Assembly: GCA_963700145.1 (NCBI GenBank)
Contig: OY969474.1
Coordinates: 1,888,001-1,952,000 of the forward strand
Length of the DNA stretch: 64,000 nucleotides
Origin: an uncultured Acidobacteriota bacterium
Lineage (GTDB): Bacteria > Acidobacteriota > Thermoanaerobaculia > Multivoradales > UBA5704
Reading direction: 5' to 3'
The notes under the pieces are model-generated. The model was not told the origin of the DNA, searched no databases, and saw only the letters and a list, made by a program, of their open reading frames with translations. How positions within the stretch are numbered: position 1 is the stretch's first letter; every line of letters begins with the position of its first letter. The position numbers were made by a program, and so were the translations under genes. This document shows positions 17,401 to 26,756 of the stretch, piece by piece.

Positions 17401-20245
17401 CTTCCGCGTAGCCGGCTGAATCGAGCCACGCGTCGTTGTGGCTCAGCTCCGGCCGCACGTCGTTGCCCGCTCCGACCGCTCCCGCGCCGTAACGGACGCC
17501 GAAGCCGACCGGTGTCGTTTCTTCGTAGAGGTTGAACTCATCCGCCGTCTGGAAGAACCCCTCCATCGGCATTTCATGCCGGAAGCGCGCGCGGTCGAGA
17601 TTGACGAAGCGGATCTGATCGAAGACGGCGTAGCCGTTGGCATCCGTCAGCGCCGAGGTCGTGCCCTCGCACTCCTCGGGCGGCAGTCCGTAGCTGAGGG
17701 CGATCGCCGGCGGCGGCGGCGGCCGGTGATCGGTGATCCGCACCGGCGGCGTCATGAAGCAATGCCTCACCGTCGACGCCGTCTCGTGCTCGAGCTGCGC
17801 CTCGGTGACGTATTGCATGAGGTAGATGAAGCGCGCCCCGCTGCCGGCGGTCGGGCTCGGATCGATGGTACCGAGGCCCAGCATCCGGGCGACGTGAAAG
17901 TCGAGCGAGACGAAGTTGAGCAGGTCGAGGTAGCTCAGCTCCGTGGTGGAGAGGTTGGTGACCGGGTCGGAGTTGGCGACCACGACGTTGGCGCCGACGG
18001 CGGTCCGGCTGGCGTCGAGATAGGTGATCACGCCCTGTTTCAGGCCGTCCGCCGGCAGCAGCCAGCGGTCGCGATAGCTCTGCGCGTTGACGCGGAACAC
18101 CCCGGGGTCGGAAACCTGCTGGAACTTCGGCCAGAGGTTGTCGACGACGACGTCCGGCGACTCTTCGAGGCGGCGGAAGACGTTGGTGTTGGCGTCCGCG
18201 TTGCCGTCGTCGAGGCTGTAGTCGCCGACCTTCTCCCATTCGCGCCGCGCGTTGGAGGTGTGGAGGAAGTCGTCATACGTAGCGATGTGCAGCCCGGTCG
18301 GAGCGAGACCCGAGTAGTCGAAGCGAACCGAGTCGATGTTCTCGCCGACGATCGAGGCATCGACGGCCGCGGCGAAGGTGCGCCGGCAGCCGATCCTGCG
18401 CGAAGTGTTGTCGAGCGGATCAGGAAGGGTCAGCGCCTCGAGGCGAAAATGCGGCGGACCGGTGGGAGCGCTGACGACCAGGGGGATGGCGACGGAAAAG
18501 GCGAGCTTGCCGATCGCGCGTGCCTCGACGACGCCGCGGTATGCGGCGATGAACTGCCGCGGAGCGGAGTGCGGATCGATCGTCTGCCGGACGGCGTCGT
18601 ACTCGGGGAGGTCGGCAAAGCGGATCGAGACGTCGGTGGTGCGGCCCGCCGACGGAACGAGGTCTTCGTACAGCCACTCCCGGAACGCACCGCTCTCGAA
18701 GAGCGCCGACGGCGGATGGGCGAAGTCGACGTCGACGCCGTAGTCGCTCTTCATCGCCGTCCTGAAGATGCGCACGAAGTCGTCGGCGCGGTTGTACCCG
18801 ATCGTCGCCGCCCACGGCCCGTTCGGCGCGGCGAGGTTCCCTTTCGGGAGGTGCGCCTTGCCCAGGCTGCGGAGCAAATCCCAGCGGAGATGGAAGCCGC
18901 GAACGGTGCGGTCGCTGAAGTCGGAGCCGGCGGCCTGCAGGTAGATGTAGGGCGATTGCACCCGCGCGCCTTCCAGCTCGATGCCGATCCCGGACGGACA
19001 GATCTCCGAGAGGATGGGCGTGACGCTGCGAACCGTCACCCGACGCGAGGTGACCTCCATGGTCACCCGCTCGATCTGGGCCGCCCAGTCCGCCGCGTCG
19101 AAGCGAACCCTCGCTGGCTCGGGCAGTGGGCGATCTCGGGTGACGCAGCTTGCGAGATCGCCGTCGGCGTAGGCGAGCAGCGGCCGGGTGTACGCCTGCG
19201 GCTCGGCGACGACTCCGCAGACGGCGAGGCCGCCGGCCGCGTCGCCGGCGTCCTTGATGTCGATCAGCGCCGTCGATCCGGGCAGCGCCAGCTCTCTCTG
19301 CCAGAGCAGCTCGAGCGACGGATCGAAACAGGCGACGAAGCTGCCGCGCGGCGCGTCGTTCACCGTCGCGGCGAGAAGGATGTTCCCCGCAGAGTTGGTC
19401 GGGCCGCCCGACTTGAGGAGCCGGCGTCCGCCCACCTCGGATTGCGGCCGGAACCTGTACACCTGCCCGGTGACCTCGGTGTCGTCCGGCGTCAGCTCGG
19501 CAACGAAGCTCCTGCGGCCGTCACCCGTTTCACCGGCGATGACGAACTTCGGACCGCTGGCGCCCACCGGAGGGGAGGTGTGAACGATGTCGACCGCCTG
19601 CTGAAACTGGGAATTGCCGATGACCCTCTTCCATGAGAGGTTCAGCTTGTCGTCGAGAGCGACGACGAAGCAGTCCCACGTCCCCCTTCCATTCGAGCCT
19701 CCGGCCAGCACGCAGCCGCCGGCGTACGGAATGAGAGAGTTGAGCTGGTCGTCGCCGCTAGTGTGGATGCTGAGCGCCGCCAGGACCTTGCCCTTCCCGT
19801 CGATCCTCGCCACTTCGACGTCGTCGGTGGTGCCGCGCTCGTTGTACCAGCCGGCGAAGATGTAGGTGTCGCCGCTTCCCCTCACCAGCCGGATGTTGAT
19901 GCGGGTGCGATCGCGCGCGTAGGAGTTCGCCCAGATCACCTCGCCGGCCGGCGTCAGGCGCATCACCAGGGCGTGGCTCTGGCTGACGCTCGTCACCAAC
20001 GAGCCGTGAACCATCAAGTCGCCGTTGGGGCAGCGGACGCCGCTCCAGAAGCGCAGCGGCCGGTTGGCGACGGTGTAGGTCTTCTGCCAGACGGTGCGGC
20101 CGTCCGCATCGATCGACGCCAGGAGCGCGACGGAGTCGGCGAACGTTCCGGCGACGATGAAGCCCTCGCCGGCGGCGTCGGCGGCGATGATGGCTCGATA
20201 CGACGCGTCCTCGCCGAAGGTGAAACCGTTGACGAAGTACGTCAC
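14465..20245 (-). CDS. Giant hypothetical protein (1926 aa): N-terminal beta-propeller-like repeats, then Ig/FnIII-like segments
   Basis: GTG 20245 overlaps the upstream TGA; blade motifs VWQKTY/IWANSY/WKRVIG/LWQREL; linkers PPSNLAV, PPEAPVI, PEPPQI. Confidence 0.85.
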   Translation of the reverse strand: MTYFVNGFTFGEDASYRAIIAADAAGEGFIVAGTFADSVALLASIDADGRTVWQKTYTVANRPLRFWSGVRCPNGDLMVHGSLVTSVSQSHALVMRLTPAGEVIWANSYARDRTRINIRLVRGSGDTYIFAGWYNERGTTDDVEVARIDGKGKVLAALSIHTSGDDQLNSLIPYAGGCVLAGGSNGRGTWDCFVVALDDKLNLSWKRVIGNSQFQQAVDIVHTSPPVGASGPKFVIAGETGDGRRSFVAELTPDDTEVTGQVYRFRPQSEVGGRRLLKSGGPTNSAGNILLAATVNDAPRGSFVACFDPSLELLWQRELALPGSTALIDIKDAGDAAGGLAVCGVVAEPQAYTRPLLAYADGDLASCVTRDRPLPEPARVRFDAADWAAQIERVTMEVTSRRVTVRSVTPILSEICPSGIGIELEGARVQSPYIYLQAAGSDFSDRTVRGFHLRWDLLRSLGKAHLPKGNLAAPNGPWAATIGYNRADDFVRIFRTAMKSDYGVDVDFAHPPSALFESGAFREWLYEDLVPSAGRTTDVSIRFADLPEYDAVRQTIDPHSAPRQFIAAYRGVVEARAIGKLAFSVAIPLVVSAPTGPPHFRLEALTLPDPLDNTSRRIGCRRTFAAAVDASIVGENIDSVRFDYSGLAPTGLHIATYDDFLHTSNARREWEKVGDYSLDDGNADANTNVFRRLEESPDVVVDNLWPKFQQVSDPGVFRVNAQSYRDRWLLPADGLKQGVITYLDASRTAVGANVVVANSDPVTNLSTTELSYLDLLNFVSLDFHVARMLGLGTIDPSPTAGSGARFIYLMQYVTEAQLEHETASTVRHCFMTPPVRITDHRPPPPPAIALSYGLPPEECEGTTSALTDANGYAVFDQIRFVNLDRARFRHEMPMEGFFQTADEFNLYEETTPVGFGVRYGAGAVGAGNDVRPELSHNDAWLDSAGYAEVAPIPERGSNPVYTHGERSAGVHHYQLYSINIFSRTAGASNEVQTDATVFAPRNTLLPPSNLAVQLIQKEEPRIFTSADEQLRLAQLPAGDQTLLRVTFDWNDVQNRAYFGVDTVELYFRTLPPQVVRGEIAAVADHPSTHTTTVTTKSYPIASTKPPQIVQPEIAAADVQRYVGARLTANGQSWVVESVTSSGPNPTLVLQQIRTTASVDADHDNSFCTVEKWSSPHAGDRFLMAENLDNPAVWDTKLTKEVSLAQFSPPFMEFIVNNDGQGRSVVVGGIADSATVVAIPDLDPGVVAAIPAGGPSSVPSGAYTITLANRQLAASSDPDVELCEGIVRLPDLNGKTKVLRVWNVDNSGATLQVIAYDAELGLQRDPVSGKFLLAGTQFVPVDGYVPVQTGSVAVNFHPSYRVYLTADVTTPGHNFGEPAVLPARGEGSRQTLFTVRSRATAASLTSRMSKPAVILAQELREPVAPGPLRGPLFATRPNFFGKATFTVDVQVDDPYALVFYKANDRKIIDQLYEPKTAREIVARLEGMSDFEKTFEPQRWSDLVHVVTDANDEFVQYVLDGFRFPPPNDDTYVIPDPSLDPPVFPFALNNTTPPGSSAVVPGTGGRTMKSVVQEAVEKAFVPITELPLIYQQLNDKTLQTSGRPPKLRSPNGQRLPPDDADPWPMAVRYEKNANGDVMHDGDPGHGSATNTRWVRITDYTIDGASTNVYFYFAVELSSTMKVSARSPITGPVQLVNAAPPEAPVIRKVTAQLDDGAGATPRVDFLLSGYLPSEGVTSYKLYRSLDADDALNVRTMTEVREFMLGDPVFDDFADLGYVPFAQPIHYRVLAFRSIINEQGLPERIPSKPSEMATARVADTVNPEPPQITMTSDPLSLTHPFQYANVQLSWPRTTYNGTYHLYKLNDVGMWVKIASVGDAAVMQVKLQDTTLGTGVLLKENSAGNPFYHRFRVLVVNSSGLVNLKQNELTV

Positions 20246-23200
20246 GGCAGCACCACCTCGGCCTGAGCCGATTCGACGGGCGAGTACGCGGCGCCGTCCC
20301 ACTGCTTGTAGTCGAACGCGAAGCTGCAGGTGGCGCCGGCGGGGATGTTCATGCTCCCGCCGGCGTTGGTGACGAAGGCCCGCGAGAGGTCCTTGGAGTG
20401 AATGGCCAGGTAGTCGCTCTCGTTGCCGCCGTTGACGGAGAGGCGGATCGAGGTCGCGATCTCACTCGCCGGCAGCTTCGGATCGTTGAACGGCTCAGGA
20501 TTCCATACCAGGATGCCGAGGACGCGTGAGGTGGTGGTATCGCGAATGATGTTGAATTCCGTTCGTTGCGGCGGCGGCAGCGCCTCCATCTTCAGGGCGC
20601 CTTCCATGAGGCGGTTGAACGGATCGGCGAATGCCTGCTTCAGCGGATCGCCGTCGGCCATGCTGCCGTCGACGATGCTGGTGGCCACCGCAAGATCGGC
20701 AGCGTCGAACGCCTTCCCCGCCTCGAAGACGGCTGCCTTGAGCACGGTGCCGTCGCCTGCCACTTTCAGCGCATAGCTGCCGACCTGCTCGGCGAAGCTC
20801 GCATAGCGCGAGGTCTGGAAGCCGTAGTGCAGCAACTCGCTGTTGGTGTAGTCGGGTTCGCCCGGCTTCCTGAAACGCAGCCGGAAGATCGCGGTGTAGA
20901 GCTTCAGCGGCTGGAGATGCTGGGTGTCGAGCGGGAACTCGGAATAGAGCCAGGTCGGATGAATCTCCGCCACCGTCCCGCAAGGGGTGCCGTACGCGAT
21001 CATGTTGTTGAGGATCGTCACGTCCTGCGACACCAGCGGTAGGGGGCTGAGCTTCCACGTCGCCTCCACCGGCCCCGGGTCGGCGATGCTGGCGTCGGGC
21101 GCCGGGTCTTTCACCACCACGTCGAAGACGGCGTCCGCCGCCCCGAGCCCTCCCCATGGAGCCCAGCCGCAGAACATCCGCGCCACATAGGTCTGCAGAT
21201 AGAAGAGCAGCAGCTTCGGGTTGCTGTAGAAGAGCGGCTTGGCGTTGATCAGTTGCCCGTCGGCGTTGGGGTACGACTTGTCGAAGTCGAGGTAATGCAG
21301 GAGCCCGACGAGCTTGAACTCGTCGCCGTGGCCGGCCTGCTCCAGCTGGTGGAAGTCCGCACGCGGGACCAGCTGGCCGGTCGCGTCGCGATAGACGTGG
21401 AAGTGGCCGAGCGGTCCCGCGGTGCTGAATCCGAAGACTCGCGAGCTGCCGTCGTGCGGATAGAAGGTCTCGACGTTGCTGCTTCCCTCGCGGAAAAGGG
21501 TGTCCCGGGTGGTCACCCGAATGGCATAGCGCGTGTACGGCCGCCACAACGGCTGGATCGAGCCCTGAAACGCGTTGACGATGCTCGCCACCTCGGCGTC
21601 GACGCTGCTCTGGGCCGGAAGCGTTGCGTTGAATGCCGCCGACGGGTAGTCGAGCACACAGACCGCGTAGACGTAGACCGCGCACTCGCGGGTTGGCTCC
21701 GCATCGCTCCCGCCCGGCGGAGCGACGCCGCGTGGCGGGACGCTCGCCGCGGTCGGCAGCGCGGCCGGGCCGGTGGAAGCGGTGGTGTCAGGCGATGTGC
21801 CAACGGTGGCGATCGTGAACGGCGCCTCGCCCCGCAGCACCACCGTGCTCTCCCCTTCCCACGTCCGCACGCGCGCATCGACGAGGAATCCGCGGTTGGG
21901 GCCGTGCACGAGGTTGCCGGCGTCGGCACGGAGCGCGGAGAATCCGCTGACGGCGTCGAAAGTGAAGCTGGGCCGCGGCAGCGGCAGCGCCAGCGACACC
22001 GTTCCTCCCACCGCACCTTCGCTCAGCGAGATCTCGAGGCGCGGCAGCGCCGTGGGAGCGGGAGTGGCCGTGATCCAGACCTTGCGGCCGGAGACCGGGG
22101 AGTTGCGGCGGCCGGTGCTGAACGCGCGGTCGAACAGATCGGTCTCCTGCGGCGACAATTTTAGCCGGGGCTGCGCGAGGCGATTGTTCGCAGCAAGGTA
22201 GTCGAGCAAGCCGCCGAGCGCTTCCGCTTCCGCGGTCACCGGGCCCGGAGTCGGGACTCCGCTGTAAGCGCAGCGGCTGATCGGATAGCACGAACGGCCA
22301 CGGAAGGTGACGCGCTGGCGCCCTTTCGAGGTCAGCACCTCGCCGTCGATGAGGAAGGTGTAGTTCATCCCGGCGACCTTCTGCGAATCGGCGCGCAGGT
22401 TGCGCAGCACGGTGAGATGGACCCAATCGATCGCCCGCGCCCCTTCGATCAGCGTCAGGTCGATGAGACAGGTGAATCCCTGCCAGTCGGTGAGGCGTCC
22501 GTGCAGCTCCGTGCCGGTCGAGGAAACGAGGCTGTAGCGGTAGAAGTCGGGAGTCACCGGCGCGGCGTGAAGCGTCGACTCGAAGAAGGCGCCGTCCCAG
22601 ACCTGGTAATCGTGGACCAGCAGCTCCGCCCGGGCGCTGGTGTGCTCGCCGCGGTCGACCAGCAGCGCCAGGAAGCGCTCGAGGTCGCGCGCTGCCGGCG
22701 TCAGCGTCGGATCGCAGACCAGCGGCGGGCCGACGCTGCACGCGCCTGCCTCCACCACGATCTTGTCCACCGGTTCCTGGATGTCCTCGTAGAGCACCTC
22801 GACCGGTGCACCGCGCGGGATGCCGCGCGTGGCGACCAGCACGTAGTCGTAGGCGTCGAGCCCGTTCGGCGACGGCGGCAGCGCCTCGCGGCGGTAGTAG
22901 CGCACCGCGGCATGGTCGGTGCTGGCCTGCGCCTTGAGCCGCACCAGGACGGCCGGCTCGGTAAGGAAGATCTCCAACGCGCTGACGGCGTCCACTCTCA
23001 CGGCGCGCTCGAAGTCGCCCCATGCCTGGTCGAGCACGTGGCCGTCGGCTCCGGTGACGCGGAACTGGAACTGGTGATGGAAGAAGCGGCGGCGCTCCCG
23101 CAGCGTGACGATCTCCTTCGGCGCGCCGAAGTCGTTGAAATTCGTGCAGGTCTCGGCGATCGGGTCGGGTGCACAGAAGATCGACTCGCTGGTGATTCCC

Positions 23201-26200
23201 GAGTCTTCGGGGACGAAGTCGCCCGCTCCCTGCGAGACGTAGGTGAGAGGGGTCTGCGCCAGCACGCGCAGTTTGTTGTGGAGGTTCGGCTGCTGGTATT
23301 GCCAGAAGCCCTGCCTGAGCGTCGCCGGATCGCTGGTGATGAACGGCTTCAGCTGCGGCGGCACCGCCGCGCCGTAGATGTCGTACGGCTTCCACGCCGC
23401 ACCGTCGTGATAGAGGATCTCGACGGCGTCGAGGGTGTACTCGTGCCGCACCCGGTCGGTTTTTCCGCGCTGCGGGGCGACGAATTCGACGTAGTCGCTC
23501 CCCATCGTGTTGCCGCCAAACGCCGCGATCACCGGCGCCGACGGCTTCACCCCCTTCATGAGCTCGATGTCGACGTACGAATCGAGCGGAATCATGTGGC
23601 CGTCGAGGACTGCTGGATCGGGAGGAAGCGAGCTCCCCGCCCACAGTTCGTAGGTCTCGTGGGTATGGATGTTGAGCGCTTTCCCTGACTCCTGCAGGTT
23701 GTCCTTCAGCAGCTTGGTCTCGCTCAGGTCGAGGCTCTGATTGAAGATCCAGGTGAAGGCGAACTTGGCGCAGCGATCCTTCCGCAGCACGCGCACGCAG
23801 ACTTCGATCGATCCGGTGATGGTGAACGGCTTGGTCCCCTCCGCCGCCAGCGAGGCCGCGGCGCTGATGCCGAAGCCGAAGCCGAAGATGGAGATCTCGA
23901 CATTCCCGCCGATACGGATGGACGCGCCGATCTGCTTCGGCCGGAAGCTGATCCGCCCCGCCGTGTCGAGGTATGCGTGCAGCTCGGCCGACAGCGGTCC
24001 GAATTTCTTGCTGAGGTGATACGACGCTCCGGCACCCGCGCGGATCCCGGAGTTCGAGATCATGAAATAGAAATAGGCATCGATGATCGACAGCAGACGC
24101 ACCAGGACTCGCTCGCTGGCGGGCGTCTCGCGACCGATGTTCAGGTACCAGGCGAGCCCGTTCCCCCAGAAGAAGCCCATCTCGATGACCGCGTCGACGG
24201 TGACGATGCCGCCCGCTTTCTTGCCGTCGCTGTCGTCGTCGGGCACCGCGTACTTCAGGCCGAACGCCGTCTCCACCGAATTCTTGGTGACGGCGATGAG
24301 GGCGAAGAACGGCGGATCGGTCTTGTCGGTGAGGAGGATGCGCCCCTTGAGAATCTGCCCCTGCCCTTGCAGGAGGAAAGCGTCCGGCAGCGACAAAAGG
24401 AAAAAGATCTTGGCGGCGAAGGTGTAGCCGGTGTCGGCCACGGTGGCCAGCGACACGCCGGCGCCCAGCGAGAAGCCGGGAATCCGCGCGAACTTCGAGA
24501 CCTGGATGCCTTCGCGGTTGTCAGGCGCGATTTTCTTCTTGTAGTACTTCCACCATGGATCGGCGTCGGTGAGCTGCAACGCCTGAACGTTTTTCGACGC
24601 CACGTAGCGCAGGCCCAGCAGCCCTCGGAATCCGAAGATGCCGAGCCCCGTGGAGCCAAGGAGGATCGGCGTGGAGATCTCCAGCCCGACATCGACGAGG
24701 AACGCCGGCACGTCCGGACTGAAGCGCATCGAGGCCGCGCCACCCATCTTCAGCTTCGGCAGGGTGAAGGCGATCGACCCCGCGTACTCCGTGCCGCTCG
24801 ACGGCGGATCGGCCGCGCGCATCGAGAGATAACCCTTGAGCAGCAGCACCGCGCTCTCCGGCGACGCGCTCCCGGGGAACACCAGGTCGAGGGCGATGCT
24901 CTGAATGCGCATGAAGCTGTGCGGATCGCGGCCGGCGTTCGTGTCGTTGTCGACCGTGTAATAGAACGCGATCCCGCTGCCGCTGACGTCGACCCCGCCC
25001 GGATTGACGCTCACCCCGCCGTCGAAGGTGAAGTACTTGTATTGCCGCAGCGTCCCCTTGTGCATCTGCTCGTGCGAGCCGAAGCCGATCGCCGTCACCG
25101 ACAGCTTCACCGGCCCCACCTTCAGCGACACGGCGCGCGGGAGGGTGATCTTCCCGCCTTCCAGCTCGATCTTTCCGTCATCCCAGATAAGCAGCTTCTG
25201 GATCTCGATCTTGTCGGGGAGGAACTTGCCGATCGCGCCGCCCTGGGTGAAGTCGACGGCGCCGGCCACGGCGACGAAGAAGCGCTTGTTCTTCCGGCCG
25301 ACCGAGAAGCTGTTGACGATGAAATCGAGCACGCCCGGGATGCGCAGGGCGCGAATGCCCTGATCCTCGGAGGCGGTGACGCTGAAGTTCCCGTCGTTCC
25401 CGATGTTGACCGCGATCTTGATCTCGGCGTCGTTTCCGGCGGTGTCCTTGAAGTTCGGAATCTTCATGAACCCGCGAATCTCGGACCGGGTGAGGACGTT
25501 CTGGTGGAAGGAGACGCTGACCGCGCTGAGGCCGAGCACGAAGCCGGAGCCGAACTGCGCCTTCACCAGTGCCGGCGTAGTCGACGACGAGTTGAGCGCC
25601 TTCAGTTCGATCGTTCCCGACAGGCCGCCGTGGCCGCCGATGAGCAGGTTCCTGCCGATCAGCTCCGCGCTCGACGTCGGGCTCTGATTGAAGAAGTCGG
25701 GAAGGGTGATGACCGCCTTTTCGATGAAGACGCCGATGAAGTCGTCCGGCCGGCCGTCCGCCGTCGCCTCGGGAATGTTCTTGGTGCGGCTGAGATCGAG
25801 GCGCGCCTTCTTGACCTCGATCGCGAATCCGCTCTCGCCGATCTGCGACGGCGTCAGGTTGGCGGTCAGGGTCTCGTCGTAGCCGATGCCCGACTCTGTG
25901 CTGAAGGAAAACCTGCCGGCGTCGAAGGTCAGCCGGGAGAAGGCGGTCGGGTCGGGGTCCGGCTTGCCGTTCTTGAGCGGCATGAGCACGTTGCGCGGAA
26001 AGCGGAGAGCCGCGCCGATCTTCAGCGTGGCGTGGACGCGCGGCGTCACCAGGTCGAGGAAGTAGGTCTTGAGCGACCCGCCGAACAGGCTGCCGAGGAA
26101 CTCCTCCAGCCGCTTTTCGGTCCCCTCCAGGTCGAGATCGTTGAGGATGTACGTGGCGAAGACGACGGCCGACGCGCCCTGGCCGAGCGTGGTCTCGATC

Positions 26201-26744
26201 TTGGTGAGAGCCTCGCCGAGCGGGTCGGCGCCGAGCGGATCGACGGGGTGATGGCCGTCTGATAGGCCTCGTTGAGATCGAGGACGAGCTGGTCGAGCCG
26301 GTCGAGCGGACTGGCGCCGGCGACGAAGATGCCGAGGGCACGCTCGAGGAGCTGGCGCTCAGTCAGGCCGGTGGCGGTGAGGGCCAGCTGGTAGAAGTCG
26401 GCCGGCGAGAACGAGAAGGTGGAGAAGTTGAACTGGCGAAGCCAGGCCAGGATGCCCCACTCGTAGCGGAGCGTCACCGGGAACTCCGATCGCCCGCCCT
26501 GATGTCCGGGATTGAGCTCGAGGAAGAGGCCGGTGCCCGGCACCTCGAAGTCGAGCAGCTTCCCGCTGACGATGATCAGGCTGTAGTTCGCGGCGTCGCC
26601 GCGCGGGCTGACGCTGTACTGCAGGTCGCGGAAATAGAGGCCGTCGAAGATCTTCTCGATGCCGTCCTTGACGAAGCTCAGGGCCTCCGGCAGCTTGTCG
26701 GTCGGCACCAGCAGAGAAAGCCGCGGGTAGTAGACGGCGGTCAT
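20242..26744 (-). CDS. Giant beta-strand-rich hypothetical protein (~2167 aa), split by a 1-nt frameshift at 26245-26248
   Basis: ORF 26046..26744 is coherent up to AYQTAIT and continues in the 20242..26049 frame as PVDPLGADPLGEALTKIETT...FLDLVTPRVHATL. Confidence 0.8.
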
Positions 26745-26756
26745 CGGCGCGTCTGG

